A DNA stretch of 64,000 nucleotides from Octopus sinensis (taxonomy: Eukaryota): the NCBI RefSeq assembly GCF_006345805.1, contig NC_043011.1, positions 9,610,001-9,674,000 on the forward strand, in the 5' to 3' direction. Under the pieces are notes generated by a model. The model saw only the letters and a list, made by a program, of their open reading frames with translations. It did not search any database and was not told where the DNA came from. Shown piece by piece: positions 50,338 to 63,131 of the stretch. Made by a program: the position numbers and the translations under genes. Each line of letters starts with the position of its first letter. Within the stretch, counting starts at the first letter, position 1.

Positions 50338-50495
50338 AGCTACACACCGCCAGCATAAACACTTCCCACATCACCATTTGGCTACATGCAACCACCCTAA
50401 ACACTTCCCACCTCATCTGCTTACACACGGCCAACCTAAACACTTCCCACATCCCCATTTGGCTACATGCAACCACCCTAAACACTTCCCACATT
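50338..50495 (+). repeat. Higher-order minisatellite with alternating 42- and 39-bp units (81-bp period)
   Basis: aaacacttcccac anchor repeated four times. Confidence 0.85.
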
Positions 50496-53476
50496 GACAA
50501 CCTAAACCACTTCAAATAATGTATAAAACTTCAGTACAATGGAATGAAACACGTGCACAAAAAACAAATGTGCAGACATGCATGCATTTACACATGCAGA
50601 CATTCTTTCCCTTCGACAAAGGTAACCAAACACGCACACACACAAAGAGACAGACAGACAGACACACTACCACATTTATAATTAATTATAAATGTCTAAC
50701 AACATTATTAACTCAGCACAACACACTAACATAGAGATATAAAGAATTCCAGTTGTTAACAATAATGTTTACATGACTCCATTTAGGGTTTATATTTTCT
50801 ACTTTCGACATCCTTGCACTGACTGACATCCTATGTTTGAAGCCTTAACCAGAATTAACCAGTCTGGGTTCAAACCCACAGGCAGACAATGTGCACCATC
50901 ATCATAATTTCAATATCTTTTTCTACTTTTAAATACAAGTGTGGGTCTGATAGGTCTACAAAGCAGTATATAAGCCATATGATGCACCATCAACAGGTCT
51001 GATAATGCCAGATATTCTGATCATGTGTGTGTGAGAGAGAGAGAGAGAGATAATGTAAGGATTGGTTGGGGAGTGATGATGGTCCGTTTGACCCCAGACA
51101 CCACTGTTCTGTCTCTTCACCATCCCCAATACCTCCATCATTCCCTATGCCCACATCCTCCCTATCAATTCAACACTTACTGACCAGCCAAGTGACAGAA
51201 CAATCCCATAATTAACAAACCCTCCTTGCTATCCAACCTTTCTTTATCCCACATGCACACACACACACGAAAGAGAGACAGACAGACAGAGGGCAGGAGC
51301 TGTGGACATGGTCTTCACTGGATCCTTGGTACCAGTGAGGACAACAGAGTTTATTTTCCCTCTGAAGAATTGCAAATTGACAGCTGCAGGAGAAACAGTG
51401 TCAGGGAGGAATTTGCCAGGAACTGACAATCTGGAGGGGAAAAAAGGGCCTAGTATGGGAGTGTGGGGCATGAGTGAGAATGGTATACAAAGATAGAGAG
51501 ATGAGTGAGTTCAGAATGATTGGGTGGAGGGGACAGACGGATCAGCAAGGGCTTATAAGTGGGTCTCACTATAGGGAGCAGCAGAAAGTAAACAGGCATA
51601 GTTTGACCCAGCAAAAATACATTTTTTTTTCTCTGTGGAAAATTATTTATCATTTAAAAGTTCAGGATGTGAACATTTTTCTCAAATAGTTCTGATCAAA
51701 ATCCGACGCTTACATATCATGCCAGGGTCCCTTAATCACTGTGGTATTTCCATGAATTCACAGAGTTTATCCTATTGTTCTGGGTGGGTGGGGGTTGCTG
51801 CTAAATAGTAGCTCTCATTCTAGTTCAATGTGCAGAAGCACCAAAACTCGATTCATGTTGAAAATCTGTCATGAAGAGGACTTTGTTTTGCTTAATTTTG
51901 ATATAAAAATAATCAATGGGGGTAGATCAGATATTCATTTTGAAACATAAAAGAGAAAATTTTACAGTTAATTTTCACTTAGAAAAGAACATATTTTTTA
52001 TATTATAACAAAGAAAAATTTCTCATTAGTTCTGTATGATCATTGCCAAAACTGGCCATGATATAGCGGAGAAGCACAAAGCCAATAAAGCGGGTGGTCT
52101 ACTGATGCTACTTGTTAAACTGACTTATTACTGTGAGAAGTGAAAGCGAACAGGAACACAAGGCTTCAAATATTGAGTTTGAGCAAATTTTCAAAACATG
52201 GACAAACTATTACTAAGTAAACACATGTTTCTATAAAAACAATGTACTCTATGGATGTACTCTATGGAGTCTTCTAGAGCCCAAAATTAGCATTGGACTC
52301 GTATTGAGAATGTTGTTTATTCTCTCTCGCTGTTTTAACATGTGGAGAGTGAGGTCTAAATTTTACTTAAAGGATATTCTTGTACATGTAAAATTTGGTT
52401 TTCTTTGTGAAAAATTGGTTAAATTTTGCCAATAGGAATTATGAATATTATTCTGTAGATTATTAAAGTCAGATGTGGTGAATATCTTTTGTTTTTCCGA
52501 TTTTGAATTTACAGTTGGACAATTTATGGTAGTGTTTGCATATTTGTTTTGGGTTTTTTTTTTGTTTTTGTTTCTCCTGATGAGGAATTTGCTAAACGAC
52601 AAGTCCTTGTGGCTGGTACTTTTGGATTTAGCAAGATCTGAAACACTGCAAAATTGACTCTCTGTTGCAGACAGCATAAATATTTCAAAAATTGTTTTAA
52701 AAACAACATTCCCTTTCCAAGAACCTGAACAAAAATAGGCAACTACTATACCCCCATGGTCACTATAAATTTGTGTAACTTGAAGATTAATATCCCCTCA
52801 GTTTCAAAGATATGACATCACAAAGACGGCTAATTATTCATTTAGGCCAATGAGGCAAGATTTTGACCAATCCACTGACCATTCAAACCATCATATTTCC
52901 TAAAATATTCCTCTGAATTTCACAAATGAAGTATCAAAATGTTTCTTTTTTGATTCTCTCCAAGAAAAAAATACAGTAGCAATTACATTTAAATATTTTA
53001 AAAGTATAATAACGATACCAATTGGAAACAGAGGCTACTGTAATAGTGACAGAAGCAAAGAGAGGACACAGCATATTTCTTTGGGCTAGAGGTTGGTATG
53101 TGTTGGTGAGAGGGGAGACTCTCCATCTGCGGGGCCAAGATTGATATATATTTGCTTGTGCAAGGCAGTACTGGTTCTAATTAAAACTAGTGACATACTG
53201 AAAATGGAATCAGTTTCTTCTTATTTAGATTCCACTAATTAGAACTAAACAAGATTCTATTCTGATTATTTTCAAGAGCTATTAAAATCTTAAACACACA
53301 ATTCTACACCAATTGCAATGTCTGAACATTTCATCTTCTATGTAAGAATAAGTTGGAGCTATAGAGCTGAGGAATGGTAAAGTTTGAAACAAGAACAAAA
53401 AAGGTTTATAAAATAAATGAAATTCATAAAATACCCGTAAAAATGGGGTTAATCTCATAAGGGAGATTTTTGGCAG

Positions 53477-53518
53477 TGTAATGGTTCCCCAAAGAATTCT
53501 TCTGTTGAAATACACCAG
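53477..53518 (+). CDS. Candidate 42-nt exon
   Basis: tttttggcag acceptor and strong CAG/gtaaga donor. Confidence 0.25.
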
Positions 53519-53967
53519 GTAAGATTCTAGGTTAAGAAGAGAGTATCACTGAACTGACAACACTCACTCTTCTACTGCACAACACCCGAAATAAAATGGA
53601 CTTTATACATGCTAGTGTTGTCTATGGGTGCATTCATGTATGTGTATTTGCAGAGTCAGTGTGCAGCAGAGGACATCATTATACTGTGGTTACTGAAGTG
53701 TCAGTGTGCAACAAGGTGCATCCTTACAACAAGCAACTGTGCAGCACAGTGCACTATTGCAACACAACCACTATTAATGTTAAGTGGGTTAATATTCTAT
53801 TGTATGCAGTGCAATGCAACATTGCACCCCTGCAGCAAGCATCAGTCTACAGAAAAAAATCTATCAATTTAACAAAATTTTACCAATTATTTTTGTTATG
53901 GAACAAGTTAGTGATGAAGGTGGTGGGGGGAGGAGAGAGAAGATCTGTGAAAGTGGTAAATCTTGGG

Positions 53968-54124
53968 AATAGCAATAATAATGATAATAATAATAATGAT
54001 AATAATAATTAATAATAATAATGATAATAATAATAATGATATAATAATAATAAATAATAATGATAATAATAATGATAATAAAATAATGATAATAATAATA
54101 ATAATAATGATAATAATGATAATA

Positions 54125-54166
<42 letters not shown>

Positions 54167-54330
54167 GATAATAATAATAATAATAATAATAATGATAATA
54201 ATATAATGATAATAATAATAATAATGATAATAATAATAATAATAATAATGATAATAATAATAATGATAATAATAATAATAATGATAATAACAATAATAAT
54301 AATAGCAATAATAATGATAATAATATAATG

Positions 54331-54361
<31 letters not shown>

Positions 54362-54369
54362 TAATAATG

Positions 54370-54400
<31 letters not shown>

Positions 54401-54431
54401 TAATAATAATAATGATAATATAATAATAATG

Positions 54432-54507
<76 letters not shown>

Positions 54508-54628
54508 TATATAATAATAATAATAATGATAATAATAATAATAATAATAATAATGATAATAATAATAATGATAATAATAATAATAATAATAATAATGATA
54601 ATAATAATAATGATAATAATAATAATAA

Positions 54629-54662
<34 letters not shown>

Positions 54663-54824
54663 TAATAATAATAATGATAATAATAATAATAATGATAATA
54701 TAATAATGATAATAATAATAATGATAATAATAATAATGATAATAATAATAATAATAATAATAATGATAATAATAATAATGATAATAATAATAATAATAAT
54801 AATAATGATAATAATATAATGATA

Positions 54825-54863
<39 letters not shown>

Positions 54864-54913
54864 TAATAATAATAATAATAATAGTAATAATAATGATAAT
54901 AATAATGATAATA

Positions 54914-54952
<39 letters not shown>
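53968..54952. repeat. ~985-bp (AAT)n array with interspersed GAT
   Basis: Direct reading. Confidence 0.97.
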
Positions 54953-55177
54953 GCGCACGAGCAATTGGCTGATAGGTGGGAGGAGAAACCTCTGCACGGC
55001 AAATATGTGGCCCGTAGCAAACAAACTGATGTTGACCAGAAGCAAACCCATCAGTGGCTACGGAGCTCAGGGCTAAAAGCAGAGAGCGAAGGTTTCATCC
55101 TGGCTGCTCAAGATCAAAGCCTATTAACCCGGAACTACAAGGCCAATGTAATGAAAAATGGAGCAAACCCAAAATGC
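54953..55177 (+). mobile_element. R4/Dong fragment from a divergent subfamily, placed out of order
   Basis: DRWEEKPLHGKY..GFILAAQDQ..NPKC is paralogous to 55930-56140 (about 55% aa identity by eye). Confidence 0.85.
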
Positions 55178-56893
55178 TAAAAAATGACCAACAACTCAAG
55201 GGTTTACTAGCGATTGTTAAACAATTCAGCGATGACATCAGAATGCAATTTGGCCTCGATAAATGTGCAAAAGCTACTTTTATCATAGGAAAAATGACAG
55301 AAACATCTAACGTTAACCTTGACCAGCAGAATGTCATAAAAGAGTTAGACCCAGCGGAGAGCTACAAGTACCTAGGGGTAATTGAAGGGGACGGAATAAA
55401 GCATTCAGTGATGAAGGAAAGGATCAGGAGAGAATGTTATCGCAGAATAAGAGCAATACTCAAGACAGAGCTGAATGCAAGAAACAGGATCAAAGCAATC
55501 AATGCTTTAGCCATACCAGTCGTGACTTACAGTTTCAATATCGTTAACTGGTCAATTACTGAAATATGTAATCTTGACAGAAAAATATGAAAACTGTTGA
55601 CAATGCACCACCCTAAGGCAGATACAGAACGACTTTATCTGCCAAGAAAAGAGGGAGGCCGTGGACTTTTACAACTGGCAATAACAATGAAGATTGCTAC
55701 AATTGGCCTAGACACCTACCTGAAAAAGTCTGAGGACTGGATGTTAAAACTTGTTTCAAAACATGAAAACAAGAAAGCATCATACTCAGTAACAAAACAG
55801 GCAAAGGAATATCTAAGTGAATTCCGAATACAACAAATTTCGGAATAAGAGATAGTCATACAAGAAACAAGAATAGAAAAAGCTAAGCGCATGAAAACCC
55901 GTGCCAAAACTGCGGCCTTAGATATTCTGAATAATAAATGGCAAGAAAAACCATTCTATGGCAAATACCCAAAGAGAGCGAATAATGCAGATATTGACAA
56001 AGCCCTGACCCATCAATGTCTAATGGCTTCTGGCTTAAAATCTGAAACAGAAGGGTTTATCATAGCAGCTCAAGATCAATGCCTACCTACAAGGAACTAC
56101 CAGGCCAACATATTAAAGATCAGAAGCAGTCCAACGTGTCGAGTATGTCAACAACAAAATGAAACCATTGATCATGTTGTCTCCAAGTGCAGTGTTCTTG
56201 CGCCTACAGAGTATCTGAACAGGCATGATGGAGCTGCACAATATATTCACTGGGTAATCTGCAAAAACCTGGATTTGCCCCATGAAAAAAACTGATGGGA
56301 AAACAAACCACCTCCAGTGCTTGAAAATGACCACATCTCACTCCTCTGGAACTTCACCATTCAAACTGACGGAAAGATAGATGCAAATAGGCCAGACATC
56401 ATATTGAAAGACTTCAGACAAAGAACATGCCTCCTCGTTGATATGACTGTCCCAATCGATATAAACATATCTGTCAAGACCTACCATGAACTGAGCAAAT
56501 ATAAAGATCTTGAAATAGAAATCAGCAAAATGTGGAACCTGAAGACTAAAACAATACCTGTTGTCATAGGTGCCCTGGGAATGATAGCAAAAGGGGCTGA
56601 TTGTTACCTAACTCAGATACCAGGAAACCCCAAAATGGCAGAAATTCAAAAGATAGTGCTCATGGGAACTGCTCATATCCTACGCAAAATACTTTCTATG
56701 TAATCTCAAGTTTTAAAACAAACATAATTTTTGTATGGTTTTTTTAGACATTCACTAGTACAACACTAAATACAAAACCAAATATATGGCACCCTAGGCA
56801 TAACAACAACATGAACTTCCAACCTGTTGTCTCTTGAGGTCTCTGGGTGAGACTTGGAGCCAACTTGAACAAATGTAAAGCAAAAGTCAAACA
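55174..56893 (+). mobile_element. R4/Dong-clade LINE, 5'-truncated, with premature stops (RT C-half, CCHC knuckle, RLE, 3' UTR)
   Basis: FGLDKCAK, YKYLGV, GGRGL, CRVC-x8-H-x4-C, ANRPDIILKD..LVDMTVP..LSKYKDL, IPVVIGALG. Confidence 0.95.
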
Positions 56894-56894
56894 T

Positions 56895-57950
56895 AGAATA
56901 GAAGGGACATATGCATAGCATACAAAGGTTAAAAATGTGGTGGAGAGGATGATAGAAATGTGGCCCTCCTGATACAGGAAGGCCTCTAGGGATAATCAAG
57001 GAACCCCACTGTCCAAGATTTCCCTGAAACCCCAGGAGCAAGTGCTCTCCCCAATTCCTTCTCTCTGACTCACAGGTTTACACTTAGAGAGGTACCATCC
57101 ACTCATGTCATTTTTGCAACTTTCACTCACCTTTCACTAAACTCACTCGAGGACAGCACTTCCCTCTCCACTCTCAATTTCGTTTTCAAGTCAATGAGAG
57201 CTCTACCAAAGAGGAATGTATCTGTCCTTGCGCCTTTCAGCCTTGTCCACCAAACAACCTTTTTTGCCACAGCCACCAGGCAAAGGAAAACTGCCTTGCC
57301 TGCCTGATTGAAGGAGGGCCGTGGGGCAATCATCACTACAGACTTGGCTGACAGACAGATCCATCCCACACACGACAGCAGCTGCTCGACATAACTCCAC
57401 AAGTCAGCAATGCCCGGACACTAAACAAGTACATGCACCTTGGACAAACCCATTTAACAGCACATCCATGCCTGTAGAGTTTATCTTGAACTGGTAGCAC
57501 CCCCTGGTAGCATTTCCAGGCTAAGGACATCTGGAAATCATTCATGATAGTTCCCGACCAGAAAGTCCTCTAGAACAGACTAGCCAGTTCATTTTCATCA
57601 ATGCCCAGAGTCTCTCCAAGGACATCATTGTACTTTCCCACAACTAATCCTGTATAAATTTCTAAAGTAGAACATCCACCGATCCCCTTGCCTGACTGGG
57701 AGAGGGCTGTGAGGACCTGGCAACATGCTAGGTGCCAGGCGCCCAGTCTTGGACTTTATTCACTCAGGACTGCAGCTCCATGAAGGAGACGAGTTGCAGA
57801 AAGATGAGCCTCACAAACAGAGCCCACACACGCTCACCATCCAGAAATTATTGCAGGTGGTATAACCTAAGAGCCTGCCTGTGCATTAGGAGCCATGGCA
57901 GCATGCCTAATCTGCACTCTGAGGATGCTGGCAACAGACTGATTACCTGA
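56895..57950 (-). mobile_element. Tx1/L1-clade LINE 3' part
   Basis: GMLPWLLMHRQALRLY, SLAWKCYQGVLPVQDKLYRHG..CPRC, LKTKLRVEREVLS..FSERW; homologous to 40109-40740. Confidence 0.88.
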
Positions 57951-58235
57951 CCATTGGAACATGTTGCCCCTTCCACAAGAATTTAAATAAGAGACACTTC
58001 AACCCGATGATGACAATGATGATTAGTGATGGTGTATGATGATGATGATGATGATGGTATATCGTGGGACTGACAAAGAAAAATCTGAAAACAAAAAGGG
58101 ATAAATGAATATTGGGGAGAGAAAGAGGGAAGCGATAAACAGGTATAAATGAGGAGAGAGAGAGAGAGAGAGAGAGGTGTTGAAGGAAAATATACATAAG
58201 ACTGGCAAAGCTAAATATTGGCTTATTTATAACAA

Positions 58236-58641
58236 TCAGCATCATCAGCATCATCAGCATCATCACCATCATCAGCATCATCAGCATCATCCAGTTTAAC
58301 TGGAGTTGATGAGATGGAGAGCTGCACCAGGTTCCTGTCTGATTTGGCAAGGTTTCCATGGCTACATGCCCTTCCTAATGCCAACCACTCCAGGAGTGTA
58401 ATGGATGCTTTTACGTGCCACCAGCGCAAGTGCCAATTACATGGCACTGTCAACAACCATGACCATGATTCACAGGTGCCACTAACAAGGCCCCGGTGAC
58501 ACTCTGACTCCAATTCAACAGGTGCCATTTACAATGGCAATATCCACAACCGCGATTTCCCTTGAGCTGATGAGTTGTTCCATTCCCAGCATCCGGTAAA
58601 GGGGCCAAAGTCACTTGTCATCATCTCTGTGAGGAACCAAC
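58236..58641 (-). mobile_element. RTE-type 3' UTR with a short hairpin array and a (GATGATGCT)n tail
   Basis: Same subfamily features as 7345-7900 (gtgcca..atggcac units). Confidence 0.8.
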
Positions 58642-58647
58642 TTTTTC

Positions 58648-59034
58648 GTTTTTATCTTTTACTTGTTTCAGTCATTTGACTGTGGCCATACTGGGGCACC
58701 ATCTTGAAGGATTTTAGTTGAACAAATCACCCCAGGACTTATATTTTAAGTCTAGTACTTATTCTATTGGTCTCTCTTGCTGAACTGCTATGTTACGGGG
58801 ATGTAAACACACCAACACTGATTGCCAAGCAGTGATGAGGGACAAACACAGGCACATAGATACACACACACATGATAGGCTTCCTTTAGTTTCCATCTCC
58901 AAATACACTCACAAGGCTTTAGTTAGCCCAAGGCTATAGTAGAAGACATTTGCCAAGGTGCCATGCAGTAGAACTGAACCCAGAACCATGTGGTTGGGAA
59001 GCAATCTTCTTACAACACTAGCCACACCTGTGCC

Positions 59035-59035
<1 letters not shown>
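58648..59035 (-). mobile_element. SINE family D, full length with tRNA-like head
   Basis: Reverse strand begins aggcacaggtgtggctagtg (A box-like) and gggttcagttc (B box-like); ends gaaacaagtaaaag. Confidence 0.88.
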
Positions 59036-59120
<85 letters not shown>

Positions 59121-59121
<1 letters not shown>

Positions 59122-59478
59122 GAGCACTCAGAGAGCGCAAACCTCCACCAGGGCATCACCAACGTCCTCTCAATGATTAGCTGGAGATGATTTTTAAAAT
59201 GTGAATTTCTGAAGTAAACTCGACTGCTCTCACAAACGAGTATAATGAAAATGAATCCAGCCTCTCTCAAAAATTAAAACACATGAAAAATAACTCAGAA
59301 TCCTTGTCTGGTACCAGCTTGATCCCAAAACCTAACCAGTTTGTGCCAGTCACAAAGTCAAACATCTCTCTAAGTTTCATCTGAATCCATCCAGCAGTTC
59401 TTGAGATATTTTGTCCATGGACAAACAAACAAACACAACTGAAAACAATACCTCCGCCTTTGCTAAGGTGGAGGTCAT
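59121..59478. mobile_element. Helentron-associated (HINE/DINE-like) element, complete, in (AAT)n
   Basis: Subterminal acctccacc at 59141; hairpin acctccgcctt-tgct-aaggtggaggt at 59450-59475; (AAAC)n core; no TSD apparent. Confidence 0.78.
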
Positions 59479-59508
59479 AATGATAATAATATTAATAACA
59501 ATAGTAGT

Positions 59509-59721
59509 AATCCTTTCTACTGAAGGCACAAAGCCTTGAAATTTTGGGGTGGGGATTAGTCAATTACATCAACCCCAGTGTTTCACTGGTACTTAATTTA
59601 TCGACCCCAAAAGGATGAAAGGCAAAGTCAACCTCAGTGGAATTTGAACTCGGAATGTAGCGACAGACAAAATACCGCTAAGCATTTCAACCGGTGTGCT
59701 AACAATTCTGCCAGCTTGCCG
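59509..59721 (-). mobile_element. SINE family A
   Basis: Well-preserved core and head. Confidence 0.9.
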
Positions 59722-60754
59722 TGCAATAACAATAATAATAGTAATAACCACAATAGTCAGGTTGTGATAGAGGAAAAGTAGAGAGTGAGGTGGATTGGGG
59801 GAGGGGAATTGGTCAATAAAAGAATGTAAAAGAATGTAAAAAAGAAATGTTATTAAGCTCGTTAGAGTTCATTAAACATAAGTGATTGTATACAGAGGCA
59901 GAGGTGTGATGGCGTTGCTAATGATTTCTAACTATAACGCACACACACACACACGTAAAAACAATCACACCAATACTCACTTACATGTACAAACACACAT
60001 ACACAAACCCACAAAACTCATTAATGATGTTGGGTTTTTTTAGGGGGGGGGAGAGGGAGGCAAGAAAGGAAGTAAAAGAAAAAATAACTTAAGATAAAAA
60101 TTCTTTTTTTTTTTAACAGAAAATTCTTTTCTGGAGACGAGTATGGCAGCATGATTGAGGGAGAGTCGTATTTTAGGGCTGGGGGAACACACACACACAC
60201 ACACACACTCTGAACACAGACACACACACACACACACACACACCAATACATAAACACTGATCAATTTACTCATCAATAATAAATGTTCTTAAAGTTTTTG
60301 GTTTGCATTTGTTTTTTTTTTCTTTTTTTTTGTTTCAATTTTTCTCAATTTAAAATTTCAAATACCAACAAAAAAAAGTTTAAAAAACAAATTCAAAATA
60401 TCACTCCGCCCCCCCCCCTTACCACTCTTAATGGAACGGAAAAGAAAGTGAAATAAAAATGAAGAAATAGTTGCAACAAGGAAATCTGTTGTTAGAGTCA
60501 ACAGAGATAGAATTATGCTGGATGTGTGTGTGGGGCGGGTGGGGGGGGTGTTGGTGGAATATCATCATCATCAGCATCAGCAGCAGCAGCACTGTGAAAT
60601 GTTCATAATCCAAATATTTCACTCTCACTAACTCAGTCAGCTAGACTCAAATAGGTACCATGTGTATGACAAGAAATCAGGAATAAACACAAATTAATTC
60701 ACAACAATATCCGAGCATGGATGTTCCCAGTGCCGCCAGACTGGCTCCAGACTG

Positions 60755-61726
60755 AAGCAATATGAAAGGAAGGTTAACTGGAAAGATAGATTTTGTGTGT
60801 GGCAGATGCAATAAACACCAAAGGTTTACAGCAAACAGATTCCATCACATGCCAGGGGGAAACCTAGAAGTAGTTGATAGCTTCTGTTACCTTGGTGACC
60901 AAGTCAGTAGTAGCAATTTGGATGCTCTGAGAGCATAGCTGCTAGAATAAGAAAAGCCTGGGCAAAGTTCAAAGAGCTCCAGCCTCTGTTGATAACAAAG
61001 GGCCTCTCGCTCAGAGTGAAAGGTAGACTGTATGACGCCTGTGTGCAAACAGCCCTGCTACACAGCAGTGAAACATGGGCCATGACTATTGAGGACATAC
61101 GTAGGCTTGAATGAAATGAAGTTAGTATGCTCTGCTGGATGTGTAATGTCGTGTCCGTGCATGACGGAGTGTAAATGGTTTGAGAGAAAAATGGGATGTA
61201 AGAGGCATCAGTTGTGGTGTGCAAGAGAGACGAATGTGCTGGTATGGTCATGTGATGGATACGGATGAGGAGAGCTGTGTGAAGAAGTGTCACACCCTAA
61301 CAGCGGAGGGAACCTGGGGAAGAGGTAGACCCAGGGAGATATGAGATGAGGTGGTGAAGCATAACTTTTGAACACTGGGCTTTACAGAGGCAATGACAAG
61401 CAACCGAGATGTTTGGAGATATAATGTGCTTGAGAAGACCCAGCAAGTTAAGGGAGGTCATAGTTGTTGCCAATGTCAAAGTCACCTGTGCCAGTGACAC
61501 GTAAAATGCACCATTTGAGCATGGCCGATGCCAGTGCTGCTGACCTGGCTCCTGTGCTGGTGACCCATAAAAGCACCCACTACAATCTAGAAGTGGTTGG
61601 CATTAGGAAGGGCATCCTTGCCAGATCAGATTGGAGCCAGGTGCAGCCTCCTGGCTTGCCAGTCCCAGTCAAACAGTCCAATCCATGCCAGCATGGAAAG
61701 CAGACGTTAAACGATGATGATGATGA
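60755..61726 (+). mobile_element. RTE LINE 3' part with (GAT)n tail
   Basis: LEVVDSFCYLGDQV, RIRKAWAKFKEL, LRVKGRLYDACVQTALLHSSETW, GRGRPR; contains stops. Confidence 0.93.
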
Positions 61727-62804
61727 ATGAATATATATATATATATATATATAAAAGAGTTAAGGAATGGAATAGATAAGATCCGGTCAACATATGTTTC
61801 ATAGTGAATGGAACCTTGGAAGTGGTAAATATCCAAGCAAGGTGCATACCACAGGCTACTCTTCAGGCCAAGGATATAAAAAAAAGAAAAATTATTCACA
61901 ACCTTCCATCTCAATAAACCACCATTGTTCCTGAATGTTGTTTTTGATATTTACTATGGAGTGCTTGATGCTAACTTTCTTGCTACACCTTGATCCCTGG
62001 ATCTTATATATACATACATACATATATATGTATATATATATATATATTAGAACCCCTGATCTTATATATATAAATATACACACACACACTCAAATATATA
62101 AATGTACGTATAAAATGTTTGTCTGTGATAACATCCAATTCAGGAAAAGAATTCTAACTTTAATTATTTTCCTGACATCTAACAGAGAAATGATTGAAGG
62201 TGTACGTGCATGTGCGTGTGTGTGTGTGTGTGTGTAGATGTGTGTAGACACAAACACACCCACACATCATGATTTAATATCGTCAGTGTTGTTTTTGTGA
62301 TGTAGTCGAACTAAAATTACAGCTTTTGGCAACCATTCCAGTACAACACGAAGAATCAAAAATAATCTCCATTGTTGCGAGCTTCGTTCTATTCCTCATC
62401 ACGTTTCTATTCTCCTCCACATTTCAATATAATTCACTGGAAAAGTCACATGCGACTAGAGACTGGCCTCTTAGCATTTCAGTGAAGTTAGCAGTTAGAA
62501 TTTGTCGAGAGACAAAGATTATTTTAGAAATAATGGGACCAAGCGAATTCTGTTGAAAGCAATAATTTGCAAGTGAGGAGAAAGAGGAGGAGGAGGAGGA
62601 GTTAATAAACATTAACAAACATACATTTCTCTCTGATATTCGAGTGAAACGAAGTCCCGTTAGTCTACTAATTGGCCATAAAAACTGAATTAAACCTCTA
62701 ATAGCATTGATAATTTCTTTCACTACTTATTCGCTCTGGCCTTGATGTTTAGAAATTGTTAAAATAGAAGCAAGCCTGTTGCAATATGTGTATGTATATG
62801 CATG

Positions 62805-62847
<43 letters not shown>

Positions 62848-63131
62848 GCTTTTATGTAACAGTGTCTCTGTGTGAGCAGGGGGTGGACAGCAAAACTGAT
62901 AGAATGGCCAACAAAACATCACCAAGTGGTGTTTATTTCCTTTTATGTGTAAATTTGTTGACCACTCTGCATTATTTAGAGGTAAAATGTCAACCAAGGT
63001 CGACATAGTCAATGGTGCTTCAGTTTGGCTAGTTCCAAGAGTGAAACTGGTAAAAGGATATACTTGGGGCCCTTTGCTATGTCTTCTGGGACCATGCAAC
63101 TACAGTTGTAAATTTCTTCTCCATATTGCAG

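Noticed and set aside
52575-52650. CTGATGAGGA motif as a hammerhead
   Set aside because: No GAAA follows a pairable stem II. The same applies to CTGATGA at ~7827, 41762 and 58566.
53864-55051. Long 370-395-aa ORFs (poly-L/Y/I/N)
   Set aside because: Stop-free frames of the AAT/GAT microsatellite
58995-59035. tRNA gene
   Set aside because: The A/B-box-like motifs are the head of a SINE and no cloverleaf can be completed; the same holds for family A heads
62326-62556. ORF with a TM-like segment after a ttacag acceptor
   Set aside because: A stop occurs before the nearest donor (gtgagg at ~62573); retained only as a CpG-rich patch
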